From: Eutreptiella sp. 'Long Island Sound 2002'
Taxonomy: Eukaryota > Protista > Euglenida
Assembly: GCA_964036045.1 (NCBI GenBank)
Contig: OZ038378.1
Span: forward strand, 3,348,001-3,412,000
Direction: 5' to 3'
DNA length: 64,000 nucleotides
Position numbers and translations under genes: made by a program. The stretch's first letter is position 1. Each line of letters opens with the position of its first letter. Positions 62,533 through 64,000 of the stretch are shown here, piece by piece. The notes under the pieces were generated by a model that was given only the letters and a program-made list of their open reading frames with translations, did no database searches and was not told the DNA's origin.

Positions 62533-64000
62533 TTACCGCAAGCGTTGCCGCACGTTGCGTGTTGCTGCTTCCTGTCTGTCGGCATCCATATCTGTTCTCC
62601 GCCCCACAACAGCATCCAGTTTCCGTTTCAGTTGGTTGGTGGGATTTGTTTTCTGGTCAATGAGGGCATCCAGTACGTTGTGACCAAGTAGCCGGTAGTG
62701 GTCGTAACCAAGGGGTTGTGTTGGTGAGGGTGGAAATCTCGGTAACCTCCGCGGCCACGAAGTTGCAACGGTGCTGACTCGGTCGGACTCCCATTCCACA
62801 TAGGCCATGCAAATCCGGCAAAAATCTTGTCAGTCGTTGTCGCATCCTGTGTACCAGGTTGTGGGGAACGTTTTGCACACCCACGCGCTTGCCACCAGGA
62901 CCAACTTTTAGTAACAAGTAATGGTTTTCCACCTCCTCAACAGTAAAAGAACCGGTGTTTTTCGCCTTGTCCCGCACGAGCTTGCTCAACATCCCTTCTC
63001 CAAACTCCTCTGAGTGTGCCTGACCGGGCAGGTCCTGGTGCCACTTGCTGTTGTACAGCAATGTGCACATGATTGTGCGTTCATACTTCAGTACGGTGTC
63101 ACACGGTCCTCGACGCAGCCTCCGCAACAGACACAAACTCAACTGCAACACCTCCTGAGCTCGTGACCCTGTACCGTTGTTTTCCCCCGACCAGTTGCAT
63201 TCCCGTACTAGGTGACCCAAGTACAACAACAATGGGCACCATTCCAACAACAAATGCAAGACTGCGTTTGCCACAGCTGCCCTGTTGGCATGCGCCGTGT
63301 CACGACCACTGATTGCAGTTGCAGCTTGTGCCTTGCGACGATACGGGCGTAGTATTCTGGGTGTGGCAAGCATCAGCGCAGCAATAGTTTTTTCCATAAC
63401 TATTAGTTTGGGGTATGATAGTATGGTTGAACCAGGGCGTAGCAGACCTTTCCGTAGGTAGTTTAGAATAGGCCAGAACACCCGAAAAGTGTGAGTAACA
63501 ACAAACTTGTAGGCATGCCAAACACCGTAAACTACAGGTACATAACGCAGGTAAGCACGCATGTTCCATCGTTGGTTCTTGGCACCGTACAAAAACTTTA
63601 GTATCCTGTAGTGTATGTTTTCGTCAACCAACAGCGGTAGAACTCTGTTTGTCTGTTGTGCTGTGTCCTTTGCAAAGTGCAACAAGTTTAACAGACCAAC
63701 ACCACCAGTTACCTTTTCTTTTGACAGGGCAAACGGGCGCCACACCGGTGCCTGCACAGTCCTTGCATCCCTCCTCACATCCAACGGTGCTCTCACGTTT
63801 CCGGTGTCTGGTACACAACCATCCGCATACCCCATGTCACGCAGAGTCTGGGGGATTCTCCGTTCACGCTGTTGCACAGCCCTTGCAACTGTCGTTATCC
63901 GTGCTGCCAGGTCCTCAATGGCTGGATGTCCTCAGTACATGGGCCTCTGTTTCAGTTGAAGTACTGCCATTGCGGTACAGTTTTGCGACCGGTCACTTTC
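62533..64000 (-). pseudogene. Probable DDE-type transposase, 5' end outside the window; one upstream in-frame stop and a frameshift near 62815
   Basis: PLLVDENIHY (putative D), YGVWHAYK 36 aa later (position and form of the xxH motif of CMC/hAT/MULE/P/Kolobok-group transposases), SEEFGEGMLSKL (putative E). The C-terminus continues in ORF 62533-62808. Confidence 0.5.

Overview
Eukaryotic, repeat-rich 64-kb window with GT-AG introns, TTAGGG-like repeats and a 200-N gap. A protist such as a euglenozoan is plausible but cannot be proven from the sequence. Only three convincing host genes are present: an intronless NHL-repeat+BTB/POZ gene (8241-9716), MED21 (2 exons, with a LINE fragment in its intron) and a Frag1/DRAM/Sfk1-like membrane protein (2 exons, with a MITE in its intron). 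The rest is mobile DNA and tandem repeats: (i) a near-intact ~11-kb Helitron2-like element encoding one ~3,300-aa polyprotein (USP/C19 protease - C2H2/Cys-rich - DUF6570-like - HUH Rep - PIF1 helicase - 12 tandem C4 zinc fingers - Stc1-like fingers - J domain) with only three lesions; (ii) two tandem 1.14-kb non-autonomous elements with asymmetric 13-bp inverted repeats set in telomere-like TTAGGG sequence; (iii) a 3.4-kb 25-bp satellite; (iv) L1/Tx1-like LINEs with a C-terminal RNase H; (v) a degraded tyrosine-recombinase retroelement with YR upstream of RT/RH; (vi) at the right edge, a two-gene transposon-like unit (DDE-like transposase + five-exon ParB-like gene). The most striking observation is in (vi). 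Seven copies of the palindrome GTGCGCGAGGCCTCGCGCAC occur there, all in non-coding DNA. Three lie within 1.5 nt of the midpoint of consecutive introns, two lie upstream of the gene and two downstream.
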